A DNA stretch of 64,000 nucleotides from an uncultured delta proteobacterium (GTDB taxonomy: Bacteria > Desulfobacterota > Desulfomonilia > UBA1062), in assembly GCA_963752595.1 (NCBI GenBank), contig CAVVYZ010000020.1, positions 1-64,000 of the forward strand, written 5' to 3'. Below the pieces are notes generated by a model. That model was given only the letters and a program-made list of their open reading frames with translations, ran no database searches and was not told where the DNA came from. The position numbers were made by a program, and so were the translations under genes. Positions 44,073 through 55,067 of the stretch are shown one piece after another; within the stretch, counting starts at the first letter, position 1; each line of letters starts with the position of its first letter.

Positions 44073-44795
44073 TTACAACTCTTTTCGAGGAAATACAAGA
44101 GACTTGAGCCATCCGAGGAGCGTATTGTCTTTCAGCATGTCCCGGTCGATCTCTTCGATGTCGGCTTTGAGCTTTCTCGGGTCGGCAAACCAGTCCGCTC
44201 TTGTCTTGATCGGCTCAACGGGATCGAGCTGCCTTACCGGGACCGCGGGGTTGCCGGCAGCAATGGTGTTCGCAGGGATGTCGCGGGTCACTACCGATCC
44301 TGCGCCGATGATGCTGTTGTCTCCGATCGTCACACCCTTGCAGACGACGGCACTGTCGCCGATCCAGACATTGTTGCCGACTACAATAGGCTCGTTTCTG
44401 CCGGTGTAATCGGTTCGGTCATAGATGCCGTGCCAGTCGGCATCGGTAAGATATACGCTGCTCGCCATCATGCAGCTGTCCCCGATGGTGATCCCGTTCG
44501 CGGAACTGATCCGGACGCCCGGGCAGATAAGGCTGTACTTCCCGATGCTGATGAAGCCTTTGCCTTTCTCCGCACCCCATACCGTGAGTCTCACCTTGTG
44601 GTCGGAGGTCGTGATGACATTGGCAAAATCGCCGAGGTCGATGGGCCCGCCGAACACCATGACATGCCAGGGCTTCATGAAGGTGCAGCCCCTGCCGAGA
44701 TGCCGGAACTGCGGCTTAAGGAAATGGTCGGCATACCAGTCCCGAAAGAGCAGATCGAAATATTTGATGTAGTACGGCCTATAATCTTTGATCAA
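44073..44795 (-). CDS. Hexapeptide-repeat acyltransferase
   Basis: DADWH, VGNNVWIG..KGVTIGDNSIIGAGSVV..AGNPA. Confidence 0.9.
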   Translation of the reverse strand: MIKDYRPYYIKYFDLLFRDWYADHFLKPQFRHLGRGCTFMKPWHVMVFGGPIDLGDFANVITTSDHKVRLTVWGAEKGKGFISIGKYSLICPGVRISSANGITIGDSCMMASSVYLTDADWHGIYDRTDYTGRNEPIVVGNNVWIGDSAVVCKGVTIGDNSIIGAGSVVTRDIPANTIAAGNPAVPVRQLDPVEPIKTRADWFADPRKLKADIEEIDRDMLKDNTLLGWLKSLVFPRKEL

Positions 44796-45922
44796 CGATA
44801 TTCAGCCCTTATATCCTGTGCGTCTGAGTAGAAGGCATCCTTGATGCTGAAGATGGGGTGCCTTTTCTTGAGGAAGTGGTACATGTGGGTCTTTTGTCCT
44901 TCCTGCCAGAAAGAGTGGTTGAAGAGCTGGGATGCAGGGGTTATGTGGTAGAGTGCGTCTGCTGCCATCATGACCGCTGCATTGGTCCAGGAGAGCTTTT
45001 CCTCGGGCCATATCGCCATATCCGGGAAGGTGTATCCGCAGTAGTAGCTTCCATCTTCATATCTCTTGTTCAATATCCATGAAAGGATCGATTCTGCAAG
45101 CTCATTTTCGCCCATTGCGGCCAGTGCGATGACGAGCTCGGAGGTTTCTGCCATGGTGATCCAGGGGTTATCGGATACGCACCGTACGCCCAGGCCTTCC
45201 ACCACGAACTTGTTCCAGAAACGGTCGATCCTCTTTTTTGCTTCGTTGTTGGTCATTGCCCCGCAGAGCACCGGATAGAACCAGTCCATGGAAAAGCGCG
45301 ACTTGGTCTTGTTGAAGAGATAGCTCCGGTAGCAGATGGCTTCTTCGAGGCGTTTCAGTGCGGCCTGCCACGAGGGCCTGCTTTCTCCCAGGAGCAGCGC
45401 CAGCACAAGGGCGCACTTGAGGCTCATGTACGTCGAACTCGATCCGGTGAGCAGGCTCATGGGGTCGATGGCGCCATGGGGGTTCCTGGCCCAGTAGATC
45501 TCACCGCCCGGGCCCTGGAGTGCGACTGCATAGTCGACCCCGGCGCTCACCGTGGGCCAGATGAATTCGAGAAATGCCCGGTCCTGGGTGATGAGGTAGT
45601 AGTGGAAGACGCCCACAGCGATATACGACGACTGGTTCGACTCCCGCGTCATGTCCAGCGGCGTGCCGTTTTGGTATGACGAATACCAGCTCCCGTCCTC
45701 GATCTGCACGGATGCGAGCCATTCAAAGGCACGCCTGGCCTCTTCAAGATATCCTCCGATGGACAGGCCGATAGCGGCTTCCACGTGGTCCCACGGGTCG
45801 GCCTTCCCCCCGGTATGCCAGGGGATTTCTCCTGTAGGCAGCTGCACTGCGGCAATGGAGGCCGCCAGGGTGTCGATCTCGACCGAATGTGAAATGGTGC
45901 GGAGCTGCAGTTCAAGATCCAT
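44792..45922 (-). CDS. Prenyltransferase/squalene-cyclase-repeat-like (alpha/alpha barrel) protein
   Basis: Q..GEIPW, DPWDHVEAA, Q..DGSW, FSMDWFYPVL motifs. Confidence 0.7.
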   Translation of the reverse strand: MDLELQLRTISHSVEIDTLAASIAAVQLPTGEIPWHTGGKADPWDHVEAAIGLSIGGYLEEARRAFEWLASVQIEDGSWYSSYQNGTPLDMTRESNQSSYIAVGVFHYYLITQDRAFLEFIWPTVSAGVDYAVALQGPGGEIYWARNPHGAIDPMSLLTGSSSTYMSLKCALVLALLLGESRPSWQAALKRLEEAICYRSYLFNKTKSRFSMDWFYPVLCGAMTNNEAKKRIDRFWNKFVVEGLGVRCVSDNPWITMAETSELVIALAAMGENELAESILSWILNKRYEDGSYYCGYTFPDMAIWPEEKLSWTNAAVMMAADALYHITPASQLFNHSFWQEGQKTHMYHFLKKRHPIFSIKDAFYSDAQDIRAEYR

Positions 45923-46637
45923 AATGTTCACCTTTCTTAAGGTAAAGTACAATACTCTTTGAGATCAAAGGATTCAAGGTTTTATCGAGTGTCCTGGTGA
46001 GGAGGGGCTTTTTCATGATGTCCCACACGAGAAACCGGTGATAGAGCTTCACCGCGGGGTGCTCGTCATTCTTGTGCCCGACCATGCATTTGAGCCACCA
46101 GTAGGGGCTGTGGAGCGAATGAGCCCACCCGCTTTCCAGGCACCTGGTCCCGGCGCTTTCCAGTATATCGATGAGCTCCTTCTTCTTGAATATCCTTATG
46201 TGGCCGCCTTTTTCATTGTGGTAGTCATGCGAAAGCGCCCAGCAGATCCGTTCGGGCAGATACCGGGGCACGCTCACCACCAGCGACTTGCCGGCTTTGA
46301 GCACCCGGATGAGTTCGCTGACCGCCTTCAAGTGATCAGGAATATGCTCCAGCACCTCGGAGCAGATAACCACGTCAAAGCTTTCATCCTTGAAGGGAAG
46401 TCTGGTGATGTCGCTCACGCTCAGCAGCTTGATACCGCCGCCGTCTTCGGCCTCGTGGATCATGCAGTCGAGCGTTCTGTTCGCCGTACCTGCGTCCTTC
46501 CCGCTCATATCGATGCCCACCACGTGGACATCCCGGAAGCGGAAAGCCCGGCTCAGGTGGCGGCCAGAGCCGCACCCTGCGTCGAGCACCCAGGAACCGG
46601 GCGGGAGCTCGAGCTTCGAGAAATCAACAGTGAGCAT
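45912..46637 (-). CDS. Class I SAM-dependent methyltransferase
   Basis: LDAGCGSGRH, SEVLEHI, HSLHSPYWW. Confidence 0.9.
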   Translation of the reverse strand: MLTVDFSKLELPPGSWVLDAGCGSGRHLSRAFRFRDVHVVGIDMSGKDAGTANRTLDCMIHEAEDGGGIKLLSVSDITRLPFKDESFDVVICSEVLEHIPDHLKAVSELIRVLKAGKSLVVSVPRYLPERICWALSHDYHNEKGGHIRIFKKKELIDILESAGTRCLESGWAHSLHSPYWWLKCMVGHKNDEHPAVKLYHRFLVWDIMKKPLLTRTLDKTLNPLISKSIVLYLKKGEHYGS

Positions 46638-47910
46638 CAATGGCCTCCCGGTAGACCTCGACCACCTGCTTTGCCGTGTTATGCCAGGTGAAGAGCTTCT
46701 TCACCCTGTCATACCCTGCATCCGCAAGACGCGCACGTTTTTCGGGATTATCCAGGAGGTCTATGATGGCCGTCTCCAGTGCACCTGCATCCCCCGGACG
46801 GACGAGGATGCCGGCGTCTCCCACCACTTCGGGCAATGCCCCTCCCGTGGTGCTGATCACCGGGACCCTGCATGCCATCGCCTCACCGGCGGGCAGGCCG
46901 AACCCTTCATAAATCGATGGCACAACTGCCATGGTAGCCTTGGCATAGTACGTTGCGAAATCATCATCCGGGATCCGGCCGGTGAAGGTAATGAACTCAT
47001 AGGCGCCCAAGTCTCTCACGAGTTTGTCGATAACACCGTTTTTCTTGGGCTTCCCGATGACTGTGAGCTTGACATCCCTCTTCCTGCGGATGGAAGAAAC
47101 TGCCTCGATGAGATAGCGGAGCCCTTTCAGCGGCGTATCCGCGCTGTTGGTGACCATGATCCGGTTTTCTTCCCGCCTGACGCCGTCGACGGGATAGAAG
47201 ATATCCGTGTTGATGCCGTTCGCCACCACGCGGAACTTATAGGGAGGAATGGCGAATTCCTTGCTGATATCTTCCTTGGAAGCCTCGGAGACCGTGATGA
47301 TATGAGAGAGCCTCCGCGAGACCCGCTTCTGCATGTTGATGAAGGAATACCATCGCATGACCTTGAGCTTTCTCCACCAGACCTTCATGGATTGAACCTC
47401 CACGTCGCGGTCAACGGTCATGGGATGGTGGATGGTGGCGACCGTCGGGACCCCGGCTGCCCTTACGCCCAGGATGCCGTAGGCAAGGCACTGGTTGTCG
47501 TGGAAGACGTCGTAGTTGTGGGCGTTTTTCCGCATGAAGTCCCAGATGCGCAGGCCCGAGGTAAAGGGCTCCGGAAACCCGCCGCTGGAGACCCCGAGCC
47601 ATTCGATGAGATTGACCGGGGATTTGAGCTCGGATAAGCTCGGCACCCGGAAAAGGTCGTCCGGATTGTAGAGGTCGAGACTCGGGAGTTTATGAAGGGC
47701 GACATCGTCATCCAGGATGGGATAGGGAGGCCCCGATACCACATCGACCTTGTGTCCCAGGTCGGCCAGCGCCCTGCTGAGCCTCTTGGTGTATACCCCC
47801 TGGCCTCCGCAGGTTGGATTCCCGCGGTAGGTAAAGATACAGATTCTTAAACTGCGATCCGAACCGGTTGACGCACCCCTGCCGTTTTTGCCCTTATCAT
47901 GCGCTGCCAT
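46624..47910 (-). CDS. Glycosyltransferase family 4
   Basis: GGQGVY, PSIYEGFGLPAGEAMAC. Confidence 0.92.
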   Translation of the reverse strand: MAAHDKGKNGRGASTGSDRSLRICIFTYRGNPTCGGQGVYTKRLSRALADLGHKVDVVSGPPYPILDDDVALHKLPSLDLYNPDDLFRVPSLSELKSPVNLIEWLGVSSGGFPEPFTSGLRIWDFMRKNAHNYDVFHDNQCLAYGILGVRAAGVPTVATIHHPMTVDRDVEVQSMKVWWRKLKVMRWYSFINMQKRVSRRLSHIITVSEASKEDISKEFAIPPYKFRVVANGINTDIFYPVDGVRREENRIMVTNSADTPLKGLRYLIEAVSSIRRKRDVKLTVIGKPKKNGVIDKLVRDLGAYEFITFTGRIPDDDFATYYAKATMAVVPSIYEGFGLPAGEAMACRVPVISTTGGALPEVVGDAGILVRPGDAGALETAIIDLLDNPEKRARLADAGYDRVKKLFTWHNTAKQVVEVYREAIDAHC

Positions 47911-48204
47911 TTCAATGAACTTTCCTTTTTGTCAGAAATGATGGTGCAATTTATTGTCCCCCAAGAAGGAGCATTTCAATTTACCAATGATAGAGTAATA
48001 AATCAATGATAATTAAAAGAATAATGCTTAAATAGTTCTTCGGAAGAGAAGGGCAGGACAAATCCGGACATATCCTGACTGATCAAAAGGTCAAGCCTTT
48101 CCCCTGAGTTCTTGCCGGACACTTTCAAGATATACATGTCTTGTCCGTATGGAGTAATAATCTTTCATTATAAGCCGGGAATTGATATAAGACACCTGGT
48201 GATG

Positions 48205-48255
48205 CACCCCGCCGTAAGCAGCAGGGCGGGGTAACCCCGCAGCAAGCTGCGGAGA
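48205..48255. repeat. Isolated IS200/IS605-type palindromic end
   Basis: CCCCGCAGCAAGCTGCGG at 48235-48252 matches the hairpin of the 34222-34567 element in reverse orientation; preceded by a CCCCGCC..GGCGGGG hairpin. Confidence 0.6.
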
Positions 48256-48284
48256 ATCATTTGATTGAAATCATAGGGGCGTTC

Positions 48285-50643
48285 ATGAAGAAGGTCGTAG
48301 ATTTCTGCATCGATCATCCATATTGGATTATCGGGTTCGTTCTGATCATAACCCTGTTTTTCGCTGCACAGATACCCGGGATCAAGATGGATTCCCGAGT
48401 GGAGGTCATGCTGAGGCATGATTATCCCCCTGTTGCATCTTTCATTGATAACAGAAATTCCTTTGAGCCATATGCTGATGCCGTCGTGGGCATGCTGCAC
48501 CCGAATATCTACAACGCCGGCTCCATGGAAAAGCTCGCCCGGATCACGCAGGAATTCAAAAGCATAAAAGGGATCAGCAAAGTAACCTGTATTCTGAATG
48601 CGAAGAACATTCAGGGCAGTGATTCGGGGCTCGATGTATCGCCCCTGGTCAAGGAAGGCACCTTCCCGAAGACGGAAAGAGAAATCGCAGACTTCAAGGC
48701 CAAGGTCGACTCGTGGGAGGTCTATAAGGGTTCGCTGGTCACCGGGGACGGCACCGGTGCTGCGATATCTCTGGTATTCGAAGACAAGATCGAGACCGTG
48801 GATGTCATCCCCATCTACTTTGCCATGACGGATATCATGAAGAAATATGAAGGCCCCGAGAAGTTCTTCATCTCGGGCACCAAGGTTCTGGAGGCACTCC
48901 AGAGCCACTACATGATCAAGGACCTGATATACCTGCCGCCCCTGGTGGTGGTCGTCCTGATCGTATCCCTGTTCTTTTTCTTCAGGAACATCAGCGGCAC
49001 GCTGCTGCCTTTGATCTCGGTGGGCATCGCGTGTATCTGGACCTTCGGCCTCATGTCGTTGATTCATATCCCCCTGACCATGATCTCCACTGCTCTGCCT
49101 GTTGCCCTCATGGCCGTCGGCGTTGGGTACGGAGTGCATGTCATCGAGAACGTCTTCTCCGAATTCAGCGCCGGGAAAAGGGGAAGGGCGGGCATAAAGA
49201 GCGCTGTCGTAAGGATCGTCATCCCCGGTGCTCATAGCCGGGCTGACCGAGGTTGCCAGCTTCCTGTCGCTGGTCTCGATATGGGTCGTTCCCCTCACGC
49301 AGTTCGGTCTGCTCTCGGCCTTCGGTTTCGGGGTCGCCATGATGCTTGTCCTCACCTTCATCCCTGCGGTCCTGTCCGCAATCGACGCCAAAGGCAGGGA
49401 ATTTATTCCCCGCCATCATACCGGGCTCGATATCGTAGGACCGATCCTGAAGAAGCTTACCTACATAAGCACGCACAGGAAAGGATGGATATTTGCAATA
49501 TCCCTTCTCGTGTTTGTCGTTGCCGCAGTGCTCGGCAGGCATGTCAGGAGCGATTTCAATCTCGCTGACAATTTCCGCGAGAGAAGTCCTATCCGGATGG
49601 CTGATACGATTCTCAACGAGAAGTTCGGGGGCACATCGACGTACCGCGTGGTGTTCAAGTCGAAGAGTGCCGACGGCATCAAGGACCCCGCAGTCCTGAA
49701 TGATATGGACCGGCTCCAGAACGAACTGAAAGACCTCGAAGGCGTGGGCAAGGTGGTCTCGATCGTTGATTTCATCAAGAGGATGAACCAGTCCATGCAC
49801 GATGGTGATCCCGCCTATTACGCCGTTCCCGAGTCCAGGGAGCTTGTGGCTCAGTACCTTCTCCTGTACTCATTCTCCGGGGGAGGAGATGAGCTGGACA
49901 GCTTCGTGACCTACAATTACCAGGAAGGTCAGATATTGCTCCAGATGAAGTCACAGAGCGGCTATCTGACCCGTGACGTGGTCAGGACAGTGGAGGAATT
50001 CGAGAGGGAACAGGACACCTTTACAAAGGGGATCACGATAGTCACGACAGGCCTCTCCATGCTCGCCAACGAGTTCAACCACATCATCGTCAAGAGCCAG
50101 CTCCAGAGCTTTGCCCTGTCGTTCGTCCTGTGCTTTCTCGTCACTGCGGGGATCTTCCGCTCGTTCAAGCTCGGCATCTACAGCATGGTTCCTCTCATTA
50201 TCCCCATTACGCTCGATTTCGGCATTATGGGGTCGACGGGAATGACGCTGAATGCCGCAACCTCGACCGTGGCTGCCATCGACATCGGCTTAGGGATCGA
50301 CTACTGCATTCACTTTCTCAACAGATACCGTCACGAGATCCATCTCGGCCGGTCGGTGGACGAGGCTATCGAGATCACCATGAACACCTCGGGCAGGGCC
50401 ATCATCTATAATGCCCTGGCGTTGTCGGCAGGGTTTCTGGTCCTCGTGCCTTCCCAGTTTACCATTATCTCCCAGATGGGCATACTCGTGGCCGTTGACA
50501 TGACGACCATCGCCTTTTCAGCGCTCACCTTCCTGCCGGCATGCATCAGGCTCTTCCCTCCCGATCTTTCAAAAGACGTTTCGGACGAGTACGTGTCGGC
50601 AGATCCTCTGATGGAGGAAGAGTCTTTGAAAGAGGCTTCCTAG
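48285..50643 (+). CDS. MMPL/RND family lipid exporter, one frameshift
   Basis: Two MMPL halves (GVGYGVH; GLGIDYCIH..TSGRAI); frameshift near 49225. Confidence 0.85.
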
Positions 50644-50741
50644 AGAAGGGGAGAACAGGAAACATTTTCATTGATATGGACGGATCTCCCACGTGTATGG
50701 TAAAGAAATTCAGATAAAAATTGAAGAGAAAGGGTTGACAC

Positions 50742-50939
50742 ATGCTGACCAAGAGCGGGAAGAAACTCGAAGAAATCATAAAGAAGGCAATCGACGATCA
50801 CGTCATCAAAAACTCCGAGTACGAAGAGATCATTGCCCTTGCGCATGAAGACGGCGTTGTCGATGCCCACGAGAGAGTCCTGCTTGCAGAGCTCAATGAC
50901 CTCATCGCCGACAAATCCGTTAAGCGCATGGCCGGATAA
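50742..50939 (+). CDS. Small conserved-looking hypothetical protein
   Basis: 65-aa ORF with RBS, IKKAIDDHVI..AHEDGVVD. Confidence 0.6.
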   Translation: MLTKSGKKLEEIIKKAIDDHVIKNSEYEEIIALAHEDGVVDAHERVLLAELNDLIADKSVKRMAG

Positions 50940-51018
50940 CCGGCGTCTCAAGGCCTGAACGATATATCAGCTAAGAAAGCTGCTTTTAGAAAAGGGGCGG
51001 ACACCCCTTCCTGCCGTA

Positions 51019-51282
51019 TTACCTTACGGAAGGACCCTGTACGCTCTGTTTGGGGAAAAACCGTTCCAGAAGGATTTTTTTGAGCCGGTCTATCTTATCG
51101 GTACTGACGCAGCAGGGGGGGTCGACTTTCTGGGAAAGCGTGATGGTGAGCGTATAGGTACGCAGCATGACCCTGCATTTTTTACAGGTCTGCAGGTGCG
51201 CTTCCAGCTCGAAAATGACTTCTTCGCACAAGGACTTTTCCAGGAACTCCTGAAACAGAGCCGAACAGAGTTTGCAATTCAT
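51019..51282 (-). CDS. Zinc-finger (zf-HC2) anti-sigma factor
   Basis: HLQTCKKC motif, coupled to the sigma gene. Confidence 0.8.
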   Translation of the reverse strand: MNCKLCSALFQEFLEKSLCEEVIFELEAHLQTCKKCRVMLRTYTLTITLSQKVDPPCCVSTDKIDRLKKILLERFFPKQSVQGPSVR

Positions 51283-51887
51283 TCCTCTTCCCCCGATGGA
51301 TCCGTATATTTTTTCCTGAAGTATCCGGAGAGGAGGCCCCTCAAGATCAGCCTTCCCCTGTGGAGCCTGGATTTGACTGCAGGCACGCTGATGCTCAATG
51401 CCTCGGCAATTTCTTCATTCTTGAGCCCTTCCATGTCTTTCATGATCACGACTGTTCTCATGGCCTCCGGCAAGGCATCAATGGATTTCCTCAAGACCTC
51501 TTTGCTCTCCTCAGAGAGCAGGACATCATCGGGGAGATCCGACCAATCATAACTCGTCTGGACTTCCTGGTCAAGATCCTCTACCGGAGTCTGATCGGAA
51601 AACTTCTTCTCTTTGCGCAAAAACCCGTATGCCGCATTGGTTGTTACGCGGTAGAGCCAGGTGGAAAAGTATTCTTCGTTCGTGAGCGTGCCGATCTTGG
51701 CGATTACCGTGAGGAATACATCCTGCATGATCTCTTCTGCAGCAGCAGAATCGCGGGTCAGATGATAGGCGAGATTGTAAACCTTATTCGAGTATCGCCT
51801 CACCACTTCCTCCATTGCTCTGGAACTGCCGCCCTTGATTTCTCTTATCAATTCGGCATCGGATCGTATCTCTCGTTTCTTACCCAT
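51279..51887 (-). CDS. ECF sigma-70 factor
   Basis: FSTWLYRV, EIAEALSISVPAVKSRLHRGR. Confidence 0.92.
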   Translation of the reverse strand: MGKKREIRSDAELIREIKGGSSRAMEEVVRRYSNKVYNLAYHLTRDSAAAEEIMQDVFLTVIAKIGTLTNEEYFSTWLYRVTTNAAYGFLRKEKKFSDQTPVEDLDQEVQTSYDWSDLPDDVLLSEESKEVLRKSIDALPEAMRTVVIMKDMEGLKNEEIAEALSISVPAVKSRLHRGRLILRGLLSGYFRKKYTDPSGEEE

Positions 51888-51917
51888 TTAGATACTCTTT
51901 CCTCCCGGTTGGATTCT

Positions 51918-53375
51918 TCAAGGCCAGGTAAGTATAAGATTCCTTGCAGCAGCCACCTCATCCACGCGCGTAACAGGGCTTGCATGGGGAGACCCATGGA
52001 TATTTTCAGGATTTAACCGGCTCTGCTGCGCTATTTCCTCCATGGCGGAAACGAATCTATCGAGCTCTTCGAGCGGTTCCGTCTCGGTAGGTTCGATCAT
52101 GAGCGCACCGGATACCACGAGGGGGAAATAGACCGTCGGAGGGTAGAAACCGAAATCCATGAGGGCCTTTGCGATATCCAGAGCAATGATACCGTCTTCT
52201 TTCTGCTTGCGGTCGCTGAGCACGAACTCATGGAGCGTGGGCGTTTCATAGGGCAGGTCGTAGGGGCCTGAAAGCCTGCTCTTGAGGTAGTTTGCATTCA
52301 GGCAGGCCGTCCTCGCCACCTCCCGCAATCCTAAAGGGCCGAGGCTAAGGATGTAAGCGAGCGCCTTGATGCACACGCTTACGTTGCCTAAAGATGAGTG
52401 CACCATACCGATGCTCTGGGGTCGATGATCGGTGAGCGTAAAAGCACCGGATTCGTCAGGGGTGATGACCGGCAGGGGCAGGAAAGGGGCCAGCTCTTCT
52501 TTCACGAGCACGGGCCCGCTGCCCGGCCCGCCTCCGCCGTGAGGGGTGCCGAAGGTCTTGTGCAGATTCACGTGCATGCAGTCAACGCCCATATCTCCCG
52601 GCCGTGCAACGCCTAAGATCGCGTTCAGATTCGCGCCGTCCATGTAAAGGTATGACCCGTTCTCATGGAGCATCTCGGCTATTTCTCGAATCTCCCGCTC
52701 GAATATGCCTAAGGTGTTCGGATTGGTAATCATCAGCGCTGCAACGTCTCCATTCAGATGGTCTTTCAGGAGGGATGCGGTGAGGAAGCCCTGTTTGCCG
52801 GAGGGGATATTGACGGTTCCGAAGCCGCCCAGCACGCAGGAGGAAGGGTTTGTTCCATGGGCGGTATCCGGGATGAGCACCTTGCTTCTCGGTTCGCCTC
52901 TGACCTGAAAGGCCTTGCGGATGACCATCATCCCGGTGAGCTCTCCATGAGCGCCTGCAGCGGGCCAGAGGCTGCAGGCATCCATGCCGCAGATATCCCC
53001 GAGATATTTCTGGAGAAGGCCCAAGTATTTCAGGACAGGGGACATGGCGTTCCGGTCAGCCGGATGTATGGATTTAAGGCTTTCGGCTATGGCCTCAGTA
53101 ATCTTGGGATTGTATTTCATGGTGCACGATCCCAGGGGATACATGCCGTGGTCGATGCCGTAGTTGAGGCGCGAGAGCCTCGTGAAATGACGGACCGTCT
53201 CCACTTCGGATATATCCGGGACATCGGGCATTCCTTCAACGCCGGGCAATAGGTCCGTATCCGAGAGGTCAAAGGGTTCAGGGACCACGCGTTTGTTCTT
53301 TCCTGGTGCGCTTATCGTGTTCAGAAGCGGTTCTCTGATCTCGGGGAAGCGTGCTACATCCTCTCTGTCAGGCAT
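51918..53375 (-). CDS. gcvPB: Glycine dehydrogenase subunit 2
   Basis: YPLGSCTMKYNP, HVNLHKTFGTPHGGGGPG. Confidence 0.9.
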   Translation of the reverse strand: MPDREDVARFPEIREPLLNTISAPGKNKRVVPEPFDLSDTDLLPGVEGMPDVPDISEVETVRHFTRLSRLNYGIDHGMYPLGSCTMKYNPKITEAIAESLKSIHPADRNAMSPVLKYLGLLQKYLGDICGMDACSLWPAAGAHGELTGMMVIRKAFQVRGEPRSKVLIPDTAHGTNPSSCVLGGFGTVNIPSGKQGFLTASLLKDHLNGDVAALMITNPNTLGIFEREIREIAEMLHENGSYLYMDGANLNAILGVARPGDMGVDCMHVNLHKTFGTPHGGGGPGSGPVLVKEELAPFLPLPVITPDESGAFTLTDHRPQSIGMVHSSLGNVSVCIKALAYILSLGPLGLREVARTACLNANYLKSRLSGPYDLPYETPTLHEFVLSDRKQKEDGIIALDIAKALMDFGFYPPTVYFPLVVSGALMIEPTETEPLEELDRFVSAMEEIAQQSRLNPENIHGSPHASPVTRVDEVAAARNLILTWP

Positions 53376-54658
53376 CGTGCATTCCTCCCTTGTATTCATT
53401 TCCGTAACCGTGGTCAGGAGCATACCGGGAAGCTCCGGGTAAGAGGCCGTGACCGGGATTCCTGGAACGATCCCGTCTTTTTCCAGTGCTTTCCTTTTTA
53501 TTTCTTCCATGGGGATCACGAATTCATGGAATACCGGCCCGCTGAATTTCGGCGCGATCCCTCTTTCCTTCAGGAGGCTCATGAGGTGCGGGCCCCTGCC
53601 TCGCATTGGAGTGCTGCGGTTTTCAGGCCGTGAGGCCCCATGGCGCTCAGGTAGAGTGCAGCCTTAAGCGCGCAGAGCCCTTCATTCGAGCAGATGTTGG
53701 ACGTGGCCTTCTCCCTGCGGATATGCTGCTCGCGCGTGGCCAGGGTGAGGCAGAAGGCCTGCCTTCCTTGCTTGTCTTTCGTGAGGCCTGTGATCCTGCC
53801 CGGCATGCGCCTGACGTGCTCTTTCCTGGTGCAGAAGAACCCGAGCAGAGGCCCGCCTGCATTCGGAGGGTTCCCGAAGGACTGCGCCTCGCCGACCACC
53901 ACGTCGGGGTTGAATGCCCCGGGAGGCTTCAAAGCCGCCAAGGAGAGCGCTTCGGTAACCACGATGCCCCAGAAACCGGCCCGGGATGAAGCGATGGAGG
54001 CTATCTCTTCCAGGGGCTCGATAATGCCGAAATAATTCGGGCTCTGGACAAAGACCGCACAGTCAGAGCCGGTCATAGCCTCCAGGGCTTCCAGATCGAC
54101 CCGGCCGGTGGCCCGGTCAAAGGGTATCTCCTGAATGCGGGCTTCTTCGATATGCGTCAGGTATGTGCCGAGCACGTGCCGGTATGAGGGCTGCGTCGCC
54201 CTCGTGACCAGGATGCGTCTGATTCCCTTTCCCCGCAAGGCCATGAGTGCAGCTTCTGCCAAAGAAGTGGCGCCGTCGTACATGGATGCATTCGATACAT
54301 CCATCCCCGTGAGACCGGCCATCATGCTCTGGTACTCGAAGATCGACTGCAGCGTACCCTGGCTGATCTCCGGCTGATACGGCGTGTATGCGGTATAAAA
54401 CTCCTGCCTGGAGGCAAGGGCGTCCACCAGGGCAGGGATGTGGTGGCGGTATATGCCGCCCCCTGCGAACACCGCCTTTGAGGAGTGGAAGGCGAATTCC
54501 CTGCGGAGCGACTCCTCGTCGAGGGGTCCCTCGATGGGGAGCACCGAACCGTACCGTAAAGCATCCGGTATCGATGAGAAGACTGCTTCAGGGTTCCGGA
54601 TCCCGATCGTGCTCAGGATCTTACCCAGGTCTTCTTCGTTGAGCGGGACATACGACAT
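53354..54658 (-). CDS. gcvPA: Glycine dehydrogenase subunit 1, frameshifted near the 3' end
   Basis: YTPYQPEISQG, NASMYDGA, REQHIRREKATSNIC; 3' end approximate. Confidence 0.88.
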
Positions 54659-55048
54659 CTATTCAGCCTCTGCCTTGAGGTAGTCTTCGTAGGACTGCGA
54701 ATCCATGAGCTTGCGCACCTGTGACGGGTCATCCATCTTCAAGACCACCATCCACGCGGCTTCATAGCAGTCGTGGTTGGCCAGTTCGGGTGAGTTCTCC
54801 AGAACCTCGTTGACCTCTACGATCTCGCCGTCAACGGGTGAATAGATCTCGGAAACCGCCTTGACGGACTCCACGCTCCCGAGGGAATCGCCCTTGCTGA
54901 CGGAAGTTCCCTTCCGGGCGAGGTCCACGAAGACGATGTCTCCGAGCTCGCTCTGGGCATAATCGGTGATCCCGACCCTCATCAGGCCGTCTTCAACCTT
55001 TCCCCATTCATGATTTTCGGTATAGTACAACTCGTCCGGTATGTTCAT
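54659..55048 (-). CDS. gcvH: Glycine cleavage system H protein
   Basis: VESVKA lipoyl motif. Confidence 0.95.
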   Translation of the reverse strand: MNIPDELYYTENHEWGKVEDGLMRVGITDYAQSELGDIVFVDLARKGTSVSKGDSLGSVESVKAVSEIYSPVDGEIVEVNEVLENSPELANHDCYEAAWMVVLKMDDPSQVRKLMDSQSYEDYLKAEAE

Positions 55049-55067
55049 ACAGCTCTTCCCCCATATC

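Noticed and set aside
51918-53606. Apparent GcvPA-GcvPB fusion ORF
   Set aside because: Explained by frameshifts that put the GcvPA tail in the GcvPB frame.
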